Source of the DNA: Tubiluchus corallicola | Taxonomy: Eukaryota; Animalia; Priapulida | Reading direction: 5' to 3' | Assembly: GCA_030141605.1 (NCBI GenBank) | Contig: JAQGDQ010000036.1 | Location: 558,001-622,000 of the forward strand | DNA length: 64,000 nt | Part shown: positions 52,703 through 64,000 of the stretch, one piece after another | Layout of the letters: each line of letters begins with the position of its first letter | Numbering within the stretch: the first letter of the stretch is position 1 | Translations under genes and position numbers: made by a program | The notes under the pieces: model-generated | What the model was told of the DNA's origin: nothing | Database searches by the model: none | Seen by the model: the letters and a program-made list of their open reading frames with translations, nothing else

Positions 52703-54477
52703 GAAAACGAAAAACAGTTGTAGCAATAAGCTTGTATTACGTACTTGCAAATACTTCTTCAGTTTTGTTGTAAGTAAAATTTTATTGTTCTTCCCGAGGA
52801 AAGTGCCTAGCTGACTGCGTGATGGCCTGCCTACTATGTAGAAAAGTAATGCCTTTTTATTGACTTACTGATTTTTCTCTCCCTCCCTCTCTTTCTCTCT
52901 AAGAGAGAGGGGGAGAGAAACAGACACACACAAAGAGAGAGATCCTTCTTTTCTTTTTGTTGAAGGTTCTGCCTTTTGTTTCTTGGTCGTAAAAGCATAA
53001 AATTATAATTATGTCTTTGCTTAGTGTACAAATATTTAACTTGTAACAAAATTACATAACTGCGTTATAATTAGCATTTTGTTATAATTACCAGGCTCAA
53101 AGTATATACAATAAAGTAGGGAAAGCCTTCTGCGCAGTAGTTCGCGCAGTTAGTGTCGCCCTGGCGGCTATTCAGTACGGCCTGTTGTTGACAGGTACGC
53201 AACAGCGCAGGCTGTGGGTACTGTAGCAGATGAATTGATGAGACCATCAAAACCAGCCCGGTTAACAGGCGCTCATAAATTGCTCAGCAGTGAGTTGCAA
53301 AAACACAAAAAAATATCTTTTTAAATTTCGCAAGGATGCAGCCAGGTAATTATAATAAAATGTTAATTATAACACAGTTTTGAAACTTTTGTTACTAGTT
53401 AAATGTTTTGTACGCTAAGCAAAGACTGCAAGGCCTACATCTCTCTTTGGCGATTTATAGCAGCTGTTATCTTTTTGAATTTTATTTAAAGCAAGCATAA
53501 GGCATTAAGAATAATTTGTAGTTAAAATAAAAATTATTATAATCATATCTCATAAAAATTAATAGGCTTATTTACAAAAGAAGTTAAGAAAGTTGATCAA
53601 AAGAAAGAATACCTGGTTCATGTAGTATTCGATTTCTGGAGAAATATTTTTTCTAAAAAACATTTCTATTTCATATGTTCTTATCAGGAAATATAACTTG
53701 AAGAAATATTAGGCCGGACTTTCATGTGTAATACCTTTCATAGAAAAAATCGATTTTTTCAGAAGAGCAAATACTTTTCCAGAACATAACTTAATCTAAG
53801 CATCTGCATGTTTTGTTAATTCCAAGTTAAAAAATGTTTAAAAAGCATATAATCATACATTGGCCTTTGTTATGAGTTGGAGTTAGTTATAAAATTACGT
53901 TGAACAAGCAGAGATGCATTTACGACATTACTCCTCTTTTTTATTATCAGTGAACAAAAAATAACTGAAGGAAACATCAGAGCTGTCATCCTAAGCAGCC
54001 GACATAACTTCCACCTCTATAACAACCAACTAACTATGTCAAAACCTAGTTAAAGAATTCAGGCGAGAAGCATAAATTGCACGCATATCTTTAATAATTT
54101 TTTCATTTTCATTTAAGTAAGGTGAGTGTGTTAATGACCGTATGGTCGTACACTCACCTCACACTACTCAAATCATTTTATTTATTGTTTATTTATGTGT
54201 ACAATATTGTATTTTGATGTGTGAAATAAAATTCATAGTTCATAGTTCCGTCTTTCTTTTAACTCTCTCTCTCTCCCTCTCTTTCTCTCTAAGAGAGGCA
54301 GGGAGAGAAAAATCAATAAATCAATGAAAAATGCATTGCTTCGTTACATAGCAGGCAGCCCATCACGCAGTCAGCTAGCCTCTTTCCTCAGGAAAAACAA
54401 TAAAATTTTACTTACAAGAAAACTGAGCAGGCATTTGCAAGTACATAATGCTTATTGCTACAATTTTTTTCCTTTTC
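52703..54477. repeat. Nested long inverted repeats (foldback or long-TIR DNA element)
   Basis: Outer arms ~52703-52920 / ~54263-54477; inner arms 53013-53097 / 53340-53426. Confidence 0.8.
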
Positions 54478-55479
54478 ATGAAACGTTTTCAGTTTTTTTA
54501 AACTAATAATTGCTTTTAATTGAGATATACTTCTTTTATTAAAAACGCAAAAGTGATTTTGGCTTATCAAAATTGCACGTATGCCAACACTACTGGTGAG
54601 CTTAATAATATTATTATTACAGTCAATGCGGCGCTCCAAATTTTTTACTGAATCGCCGTTTGATGCCGCCAGCATAGCCGCTAATCGCAAAAATGAAATA
54701 CGTAACAATAGGCTATTTCGTCACTTCCTCTTTATACACTTTGCCTGGCTGCATAATTTCGTCACTTCCTTTTTCTAAACCTTGCCACTGTGATGTGCAT
54801 GTAAGATTCCTGCCATTGAAAATTTTACCCACAGGGCCAAGCGGACAGGACCGCTATAACTTTGTTTGTTGTTATTCTAGTTTTTAAAGAAATATACTTG
54901 CATGTTATTCTTTTGCTGTTAATTGTCGTTTTTGTTGTTGTCATTGTTGACGTTGTTGTGTCAGTAGCTGAACCTTGATATTTTCTGTGAGTGACCGAGA
55001 CAGAAGTTTTCATTCTGGTAACTGGGATTGAGGTGGCACAAAACACTATTATACTATAGTATTATTATTCAGTGAACATAAGAATGTTCATATCTCGATA
55101 GGAAATAAGAAACTATAAAAAACAACTGTAGTGGGCGGCAGTACTGTTAACTGTATAACATAATTCAGTGACTGGTATTGGGATTGAGGCGCGTTTGGCA
55201 ATATGAAAACACGTTTTTTTCTGCCTCGTGGTTTTGATGTTGAAATTTTTTTGCTAATTGGTGAACTTTTCCGTGCAGTGATGTGACTGGTTTTTGTGCC
55301 CTCAGTGAAGTATTGTCCTGACGTGAATACACTAGATCCTCTTCGCCAAAATCGGCGAGCAAACATACATCAATAAAAAGTATCTGTTAGCGATATCAAT
55401 TACACCAATTTATTTTACTTAAACCACACTATATAGATCATTTACTTTGTCGTGACTTCTTTACAGTTTCCTCGTCTTT

Positions 55480-56845
55480 GATTACAATTTTATCTGCAAT
55501 GCTTTGTTAACATATGTTCTAACTTTTCTTGGTTTGTCTACATTTGAATTGCCTATGTCCTGCACTGGTAGGCCCCATTTATTAGCACATATTGCTTGAC
55601 ATTGAAAAAGGTGTTCTGTAATGTTCTCTCCTCTGTAATGTAATGAACACTTGAGGTCATTCTTATATAAGTTTTTAAAATTTGCTTTAAGATTAACCAT
55701 ATTGTCTTATAGCCATAATTTCTTTCATTTCAGCCAATTGACATTTTTCGACACATACTTGTCTTTGAAAACTAATGTTTTTCAGAAATCTTAATTTTGT
55801 CATGCCGTCTGATTTAATGTTAATTTTTTTTGCTATAAATGAATTGATTTCATTTTTGATATATTTCTTCCATCTAGATTTAGTGATTGTATTTTTGCAA
55901 CCAAATTTATGCCATTATTGTATTTCAACATAATGTTTTTAATTTCAGAGTAGCATCAATCTTTAAGCTTATTGTTTATTGAACCTGTAGAACTTGTTCA
56001 GCTAATTTTTCGATACTGGAGTTCATTAGCTAGTGGAAATACATATAATCTTATCTACATGCCATAGGCCATGTTTTTATTTCACACAACATATGGCAGT
56101 CCACTTTTTTGGCATAAAATTTTTGACATTGCTTCTCTCTGTATACATTCCAATTCATCCGATACGGTTTTGGTGAAATTGGCCCTGATCTCGCCGTTAT
56201 TATTGATTACATATGGCACTGTTGTAGTTTCGTATAACATTGATGCACAGCAGTGAAAGTAGCATCTACTTTTGCTTCAGTACCAATAGCCAAATCTTCT
56301 GAAATCATAAATTTCATTTTCTCTTTTCATTTTTTAAATATAAGATGGTAACCGTCTTTACTATTGAACTAATCTCCCAAATATTTGTATTCATCAGTTT
56401 GCTTTATTTGACCGTTTTTAACATTTAATTTTAGTTCTTCAATATTTTTTTTTAGTCATTTTAGTTGTCATATACTTAGTCTTTAAATTGAAGGTCATCA
56501 TTTTTTTGGTTTTCCATTTTTCTGATGTTTTCTGCAGCTTTACTTATTGTTTTTGCACTACCTACTAACAATACATCATCAACATAAAGGAGGGTGCCAA
56601 TCTCTAAATCAGGTTCTAACAAAGTAATTGGATGTTTTTTAAATTTGTAATTTTATTCATTGTTATGCCACATAACATTGGACCACTGGGGTATCCTGTC
56701 TAACATTTTCGTTTAATTTCATGCTATTTGTAAATCCGATTGGTGTATTGATTTTGATCTTTGATTCACAATTCAGTTTATAAATTAATAAGGTATCACA
56801 TGAGTTAAATCGTAATTTCCATAAATCATAGATGCAGTCTATGAT
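55480..56845 (-). mobile_element. Decayed LINE RT plus C-terminal zinc-finger region
   Basis: LYVDDV (~56580), EYKYLGD (~56380), C-terminal KCSLH...TEHLFQC. Confidence 0.78.
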
Positions 56846-57084
56846 ACATGTTGTTGGGAAACATAGTTCAGTGTGCTAGACATTCCAGAAATTTTTGTTT
56901 ATGAATTCCTGCCAATTTTTCAAACTAAAAAATGGCGCCCTTAAATGTGGAGTGACACATTTGAGTTGCCTGGTTGCCCAGTGGATTTTGGGATCTTGGG
57001 AAGAGACATAATGATGTCGTCACTCTTAGTTTTTTGGCAAAATTGACAGCACTGCTTTTCGTATACACTACGATTAAAAGTGAA

Positions 57085-57331
57085 ATAACGGTGTTGGTTA
57101 TGAAGTCAAGAAAGTCAAGTCAAGAAAAAAGGATGTTTCTCTTTGTGGCAAATGCAGTTTTTTTGAGGTTTCCTGCAGTTTAACTTCTTCCAAAGAAAAA
57201 GTTGGTTAGTTGGTCAAATGACGGCATTGGTTATGCCTAAGTCAAGAAAAAAGGGATGTTTCTCTTTGTGGCAAATGCAGTTTTTTTTAGGTTTCCTGCA
57301 GTTTAACTTCTTCCAAAGAAAAGTTGGTTAG
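57085..57331. repeat. ~130-bp tandem duplication
   Basis: GGATGTTTCTCTTTGTGGCAAATGCAGTTTTTTT...GGTTTCCTGCAGTTTAACTTCTTCCAAAGAAAA occurs twice, near-identically. Confidence 0.9.
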
Positions 57332-57405
57332 ATTGCATGTGATGTATGCGTAAAGTGATGGTATAATGCCTGTGCTTGTATTTCTCACAAGGGTTTGTTC
57401 AAGTA

Positions 57406-58250
57406 CAGTAGTAGGTGCCAGATGGACTCACTTTGGGACAGAAGTGTTTTGGCCCCATTAACCGACAGATGTAGTATTACTAGTTTAGGAGTATGAGTCA
57501 TCAGCTTAGTATGCACTGCAAAGGCTTTTAATGAATTTTAGAAATGAAGTAATACCTAAGATGTTTGAAAATATTAATTTATAAAGTGAATTAATAAAAA
57601 AATTAAAAAAGTTTACTTTCCTAATTATCGTAAAATAGTGCTTGGCATGCTTGAACTGCAGTTGGTGGTGCCGGTGTGTCCGTGCAAGTGACTTCGTCCA
57701 AGCTCCCGCTTGCTATCATGATGATTTCATCGTTGGTTAATTGCGAGTTGTCTTGTGTAGCTGAACAAATTTCAAAGCAGGTCTCAAGCACGTTGTTGCT
57801 CATATCAAGTGGTGCAGTTAGGCCTGTCTCTCGCAACGTAAGAAGTTATTCACATGAATGAAACTAGCATGAGTGAAGCAATTCTGAATTGTGTGTTCAG
57901 TGGCATTACTCCACGACATTACTCCTGCCAATAAGTGCAGTACGTTGAGAAGCTGCGTGGTCAGACTCCATCGGTTCTAAAACTCTCGCTCGTACTTCTT
58001 TACTGTAGTAAGCCCTTAGTGTTCGAATAATGCCTTGATCATACGGTTGAATGAGCGATGTGGTTTTTGCTGGTAAAAAGACGCCTTTAATGTGTTTTAA
58101 TGATGTGTTGACTACATGGGTAGTGCAATTGTCTATCAGTAAAATGATGTTTCGCTTTAAGCTCGTATCTCATTTCACTAACCATTCATAAAGCAATACA
58201 CAGCTGTCACCCAAGCATTCGAGTTAGCATTGTAATCTACAAGCACCTTT
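57406..58250 (-). mobile_element. Tigger/pogo DNA transposon remnant (DDE_1 transposase, 3' half)
   Basis: Minus strand YNANSNAWVT...ILLIDNCTTH...FLPAKTTSLIQPYDQGIIRTLRAYY. Terminus TA|CAGTAG...ctttgggac...ccattaaccga at 57406. Confidence 0.87.
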
Positions 58251-58859
58251 GCAACAGTTCATTGTACTGTACCTATCCTGGCATAACATCAACAGCTAGC
58301 TGACTAAACGTTCTGTGAAAGGCAGCAGGAGTTTTAAAGCAAACAGCGGGGCAAGTAATTAAAAGTTTAGATTCCAGAAGTTCTTGGGTAACCAAGTTAA
58401 TCGCAGTAGATGCGCGGGTTAGTTTTACTAGTGTATTGGCAATCCTATTCCTTCTAGTTATGCTAACAGCTCTTATAAGAACTCTTGTGTGCATAGTTTG
58501 GATAGAATTGTAGTTGATCAAGTAGGTGACTTTCTACTTATAAAAACAGTGATGCTATAATAAAGGAATTGAGGTTTCCTAATTTCTCATGAAATGTTGA
58601 ACTGGCACATAGTCTATCTGGTGGAGGTATTACCCTTCATGCTAAAGAAGGTGAGTCTGCTTCCGTTATCACTCATTGACCTCAAAGTCAAGTGTTTTGT
58701 AGCTCAGCTGTTGCCCATCCTCCCAAGGTGCTGATCCTAATTCCAAACCTAACATTTGTTGTATTAAAAAGGGTACTAAGATGTTCCAATCAATTTCGTA
58801 TTTGATGCTTTACAATCTTCTGGCCTGCAAATAGAAAAATTGAAGAAACTTCAGTATTT

Positions 58860-59170
58860 TGACTATGCCTATTTTGAGAGTATGTTGCACTCATTCTGAA
58901 GTTGATAAAGTTTTGGAATTCAAGTCCATACGCATTTCGGGTCTCAAACTTGATTACCATACTGTATCATCAAGGAAGTCTCCAGTAATGAAATGCTACA
59001 ACTGCTCACGTTATGGTCACATTGCTAAGATGTGCCCCTTTGAATGTTGTTGTTCCAGTTTTGGTTTATATGATGGTGATATCCACTTTAATATCTAGTA
59101 CTGTCAAAATGCGCAGTCATGTATCACCTCTGCAGTGGCAGCCATGCAAGTATTTCTTCTATATGCCCAA
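58860..59170 (+). mobile_element. Gag-like zinc-knuckle (LINE ORF1) fragment
   Basis: CYNCSRYGHIAKMC (CX2CX4HX4C) followed by further degenerate Cys/His motifs. Confidence 0.65.
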
Positions 59171-59198
59171 CCTTTAGCTTCTTCAGGACCTCATCTTT

Positions 59199-59568
59199 CA
59201 AAATAGGTCTTATAAGACCTATGGCTTTTCTGCTACTGTTGAGCACAAACGTAACTAAATGATTACAAGTTAGACACTGTTCTATTCAGGAGAATCTTGG
59301 CTATCCAATCATGCTATTTGTTTGAACATTTATAAATGGTTTAACTGGATAAAATTAAGAAAAACATACCCACTTCACTCCATGGAGAAGGCACTTCAAC
59401 TTAGCCTATTGAGTAGCTTAGTCTGATGTACACTTATGTGATCGTACAAGTGTATTTATTGATCGCCTGCTTGCTACAGCCCAAGCTGTGTAGTGTTTTG
59501 CTGCTATTCCAGGAAATAAGCATAAATCAGCCAAAGTACGCTTCATCTTTTAACAAGGATTTCTCCTT
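59199..59568 (+). repeat. Unclassified dispersed repeat, copy 2
   Basis: Matches 28313-28680. Confidence 0.85.
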
Positions 59569-60043
59569 CATAGCTTCACTGCAGTGGTAAATTTGAATTT
59601 TTATCTTAAAACGCCTAGTTTTAGTACAGCACACTGAATATTTTACAGTAGCACTCTAATTCAATTTTCGCTTTCGCAAACACTGCACCACGCTCATAGA
59701 ATATTTTTGCTTTTGGAAATTGTGTTAGTTTGTGATGTCATCAATAGTTGGGCTCGCCCACCGTTAATTAAGCTTTTAATCTATAATTTAATTATCAGAA
59801 GCGCTTTTGCAGTGTTAAATGTGTTAATATGTATACTTTTCTATCAGATTTGAAAATGGGATACTATATGAAAAATCATCCTTCCTTTAACACTCTTATA
59901 TATTAGGTTAAAACCTTGAACATAATCAACATGAATAACATTTTATATATTTAAATGAAGAAGGCATTTCTTCAAACTGGTTAGCATCATGGCACACCAA
60001 ACCTGAATATTCATATTTATACATAAAATCCAACTTGGATCAT

Positions 60044-60114
60044 TAGTTGGTAGTTCAAATGGCAGAGCATGCTAATTCTAATACAAGATCTCAGGTTCAA
60101 GTACAGACTGGTTT
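60044..60114 (+). pseudogene. tRNA-derived sequence (SINE head or tRNA-Arg(TCT)-like pseudogene)
   Basis: A-box-like TAGTTCAAATGGCAGAGC, loop ATTCTAA, B-box-like GGTTCAAGTAC, then a T-run. Stems pair poorly. Confidence 0.45.
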
Positions 60115-61514
60115 ACAATTTTTCACTGTCTACTTTCTTCAACTCATTAGCCACTAGATAATAGTCATTTATATAAGCTGCAATTTGTGTATTAATTTCT
60201 GGCATTTATAGTCATAAACGAATTAATAATAAATGTTATATAATAATATCTATCAACAATAAAGAAAAGTTTGGCATTAGCTAAAAATTTAGAAAGTGAA
60301 TCAGCAATAAGAAAAAAACTTGGGGTAAGAAGTTTTTCAAAAATTTTATATTCAGCACAGCATATCTTGAGTACTGCCTATGTTGTCTGTTAGAGTTTGG
60401 TTTCATCTTGCTGTTGCTATTGTGTTAAAATGACATGCTTTTGAATGATGCTTTTGAAGGAATCATAATGTTGTTATTTTACAGTTTTGTAAGCTTAAGC
60501 TGTATCACTGTTTGGATGGTCTCATTAATGAAAGACAGTTGACATCATTAATGGAAGGATAATAAGCAAACATGCTTGTTGAATCAGTTTGTGTCGTAAC
60601 AACCAGAACTTATGTTTGTGATAACACTGATGGTACTGTTACTGTAAGAGAATGCATACAACATGACATAAACAAGCCATACATGAAGTCCCTTAATGGA
60701 ATGCTTCGAGTGTTTCAGTTTGTGAGTATTGATTTGAAAAAAATACAATTTACAGTCAGCAACTAATTATTTCAAGTGAATAATTTGATTACGCAGTAGC
60801 ACTGCAGCAGTAAGGGATACATAGCAGAAACTTGGTCTTACTATTGCATGTACACTTTTTCTATTATATATCCTTGACCAGTATTGGCTTTAGCGTATTC
60901 TGTTCCAGTGTAAATATATACCACTTTATTCATTTTGTTTTTATTGCACTATAATGTACACGTGTAGTGTGAAATAAAACTTATTTACGTTTATAAGTGT
61001 GTTTACTTTACATGCATCTAAAATTAAAATTTATTTTTCAGAGCTCTTGTTTTTTGGCATATAACTTCACCTTGCAAGCAAATTGTCCTGATTCCAAATT
61101 GGGTTATTTTGCTTTTTGTACAGAAGCTGCATTTCTCATCTCTCTGTTGTTCTACTTGTTTCATATCTATTCGATCACGTACAAGCTCTCTATTGTACCT
61201 TGGCTTCTTGTGGTAAGCCATGATTTTTGTGTTTTATCCACGTTTTTTGTGACAAAACTTGTAGCATTGCAGAAACGAAGACGGAGACAATGGCTCTTAA
61301 TTTGAACAAATGGTTAATTGATGCCTAGTTTGAGGGCAATAGGGCATTTATGACTACAAGGGATTGCCACGAGCAGCATTATTTAAGGGGGCAGTGGTCG
61401 CAGAGCAGCTAGTGACAATCAAGGTTGTTACCGAACTATAACTGAAGCAATCCATTGTGCTGGCTTACTGCCTTGCTTAAAATCAGCTAACGTCTTTGCT
61501 TGCTTGCTGTCCAC

Positions 61515-62140
61515 TAGGGATGTTAGTGAAATGCCAATAATTGGTTTGCCAATAATTGCACTGTAAGTTCAGTTTCATTTTGTCGAAAATTATTAAGTTT
61601 CGTAACTGAAACTTTCAGTAATTTATGGGAGCGTTTTTCGGAGATTTCAGTGATATTTCAGCTTTCCTGTTTTTTCTCCTAGGTGTTGAAAATCGCTGAA
61701 AACTTTTGGCTAAAATAGTTCTAATAAAGCGTAAATGTCATTTATTTAACTTTTTCCACAAATTTGTAACATGCTTTTTACGGTAATGCTGCACACTGTT
61801 TACAGATACAGTAAACAACACCCTAACATAGCCATCCGATCGAAAACTCTTTGATTGTGTTAGTGCACATTGCAGTAATGGCTCATAATATGATTGGCAA
61901 TACTATTAAAAGTACTACTAAAGTTACAAAGTTACGACAGTTTGCGAATTTGAATATGGGATAACCTTGTTGTATATACTAATTTGCTTTGAGGCAGGTC
62001 ACGTAGTATAATTATTAAAATGGCTACAATTTTCTTAAAGTCTTATTTCTCATTACCATTTTCAAAACCATTTTAGTTTTCATTTTTATTTCAGTATAGC
62101 TATCAGTTCAGTATCCGTTTGGCTTTCGGCGAAAAATTAC
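61515..62140. mobile_element. Probable hAT-type MITE remnant
   Basis: Begins TAGGGATG, with TTCGG/TTCAGT-type subterminal repeats near both ends. Right TIR not found. Confidence 0.3.
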
Positions 62141-63437
62141 ATGTACTATAAATTCTTTGTACAAAATTTTTGCCAGTTGCAAATTTCTCTGGTACCAGAT
62201 TTACCTGTACCAAACTTGATGGTTCCAAACTTTCCTATATTCGGTTCATATAATAATAACATTATAACCTAACTGATTTTTCATCATACAGATTTAACTG
62301 TTTTCAATTTTTCCTTCTACACTGAAAATAACAGGAAATAATATACTGGTTATTGATTGATTTTTTTTCTGATCTGTACTTTAAAAAAAATCAAGTCACC
62401 TTTTAACACAACAGTAACTTTGATTTTTATGTAATATTATTATTTTACATGTGTTACATGGTAAAGCTGTAGACCTAGATCTGTATGCTACAGTTGAATG
62501 GTAAAATACAACTTATGCACTGTCAAGTAACATAGCCAAGAGAAGTAACAATGATTTTTATCTTTTCTTGGAGGAAACAATAGAGCAAGCTCTGTGGTCA
62601 TTGCTTTTGGTTGTAGCTGCGCCAATGACAGCTGCCGGAGTGTGTAATGGTGCTAAAGCATCACATATTATAGGTGTTGTGAGTATACATTTGTAGTTTT
62701 ACTCTTCCATTTATGAAAACTAAAAAATAGTATGTGATACATTGCATTTTGCTTACTAATGATTACTTACTGCTCGGTGTACTGTAAGCTTGTACTCGAC
62801 AGTAATGCTTATTTATTATGTTGATGGTTGTGGCAGTGTTAAAGCCTCGTTCATTGTCAAATGTGATCATTTAAGATAAAATACTGAACTTCCAGAGGTG
62901 TCTTTGTTAAAATCAATAGAGGGAAAATGACAATTCAAAAGAACATCTATAAGTGTTTCTTGGTGGCTTCCATCCATTTAAAGCACAAGAAAACATTCTT
63001 CATAAATAAAGGTTAAAAAATTCATCAGATAACATTGCGTAAACGTAAAGTTTGAAAAAAATCAGGCCATTCGTAACAAACTCTCTTTTAACTTTAAATT
63101 ACTTTATATTGGCAGTAAGATCAATAATGTGGTTTTTTGGTGAATTAGTAGTGTACACGAGATGACGATGCCGTGCCATTTTATTGGGTGGCGCAAATAT
63201 TTTAAATTATTAAGAAATTTCTTAATAAAATTAAAAATTTCAGATTTTAAATGTTTCAAATAGGTTAGCGTAATGCTGAGTAATACAGTTAGTAACGGAA
63301 ATTTTTTGGGATATACTTTAAAATTCTCTTTTCTTACCTTCTAACAATGGGTGCGACCTAACATTCTGAATGCTGAAACTGGCCAGTCAGCTATAAGGTT
63401 GAAGTTTAGTGTTTCAACTGTCATGTTCACTGAAAAA

Positions 63438-63505
63438 TGCAGTAGTCTAACTGAAGTGGCACCCTCCTTTTAAGCAGAAGGTCTCTTGTTCGAATCTAGG
63501 CTATT
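63438..63505 (+). pseudogene. Degenerate tRNA-like fragment (Lys-TTT-like loop)
   Basis: CTTTTAA loop, AAGGTC and B-box GTTCGAATC; the D-arm is degraded. Confidence 0.3.
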
Positions 63506-64000
63506 CAAGCTTTTTCATATTTCTTGTTCTTCAAAGTTTTATTTCAAAATCCAATTAATTGTTGGTTTGTGTCATCTTTAAAATAGTCTTGATATTAGGA
63601 TTCTAAACAGTTAATTCATCCAGTCCAGTTTACATTATGACTCTGTCACTGTTTAAGTAGGTGTAAGTGGTAGGAAGAAAATATTTCCAGAGGGAAAATT
63701 AATTTTATGTAGCATCTTCGAATCTTCGTGGCAAAACTGATATCTAGTTCTTTCTCACATGTAGTCATCTGAAATGATATACTGAACATGATAGATACTG
63801 ACATATGGTGGGAAATGTTATATTATGTTGTTACTTGATTGCTAATCAGACATGCTACATGCCTGCCTTGCAAAATTTATTCCTTACATAGCAATTTAGA
63901 AGTATGGGATTTGACATTTGCAAAGACTGTTATATAGTAGACTAATGACAATGGAGGAGAGTAAATAGAGAAAAAATTGACTTGTCACTCAAAACCTTTT

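Noticed and set aside
60044-60114. Functional tRNA gene
   Set aside because: Acceptor and anticodon stems do not pair adequately; kept only as a tRNA-derived remnant.

Overview
AT-rich animal (invertebrate-type) genomic DNA with spliceosomal introns and three host genes. (1) The 3' part of TRPC4AP/TRUSS is one uninterrupted reading frame (+, 1-1389). (2) DHFR is complete with 6 exons (+, 6791-20379, 187 aa), vertebrate-like intron positions, and a compact upstream region carrying an overlapping inverted E2F site pair. (3) A multi-exon SLC18B1-like MFS transporter lies convergent to DHFR (-, 23226 to at least 40136, candidate first exon 43400-43431). The rest is layered, decayed mobile DNA: several LINEs, a Gypsy remnant with an internal inversion, a head-to-tail array of non-autonomous Helitrons in DHFR intron 5 (one copy split by a TTAA-targeting THAP-bearing Kolobok-like element), hAT and Tc1/pogo MITEs with TIRs and TSDs, Tigger remnants, a nested inverted-repeat element and tRNA-derived fragments. 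I found no convincing wholly new biological system; the most notable signals are structural and regulatory. All family assignments come from manual motif recognition, not database searches.
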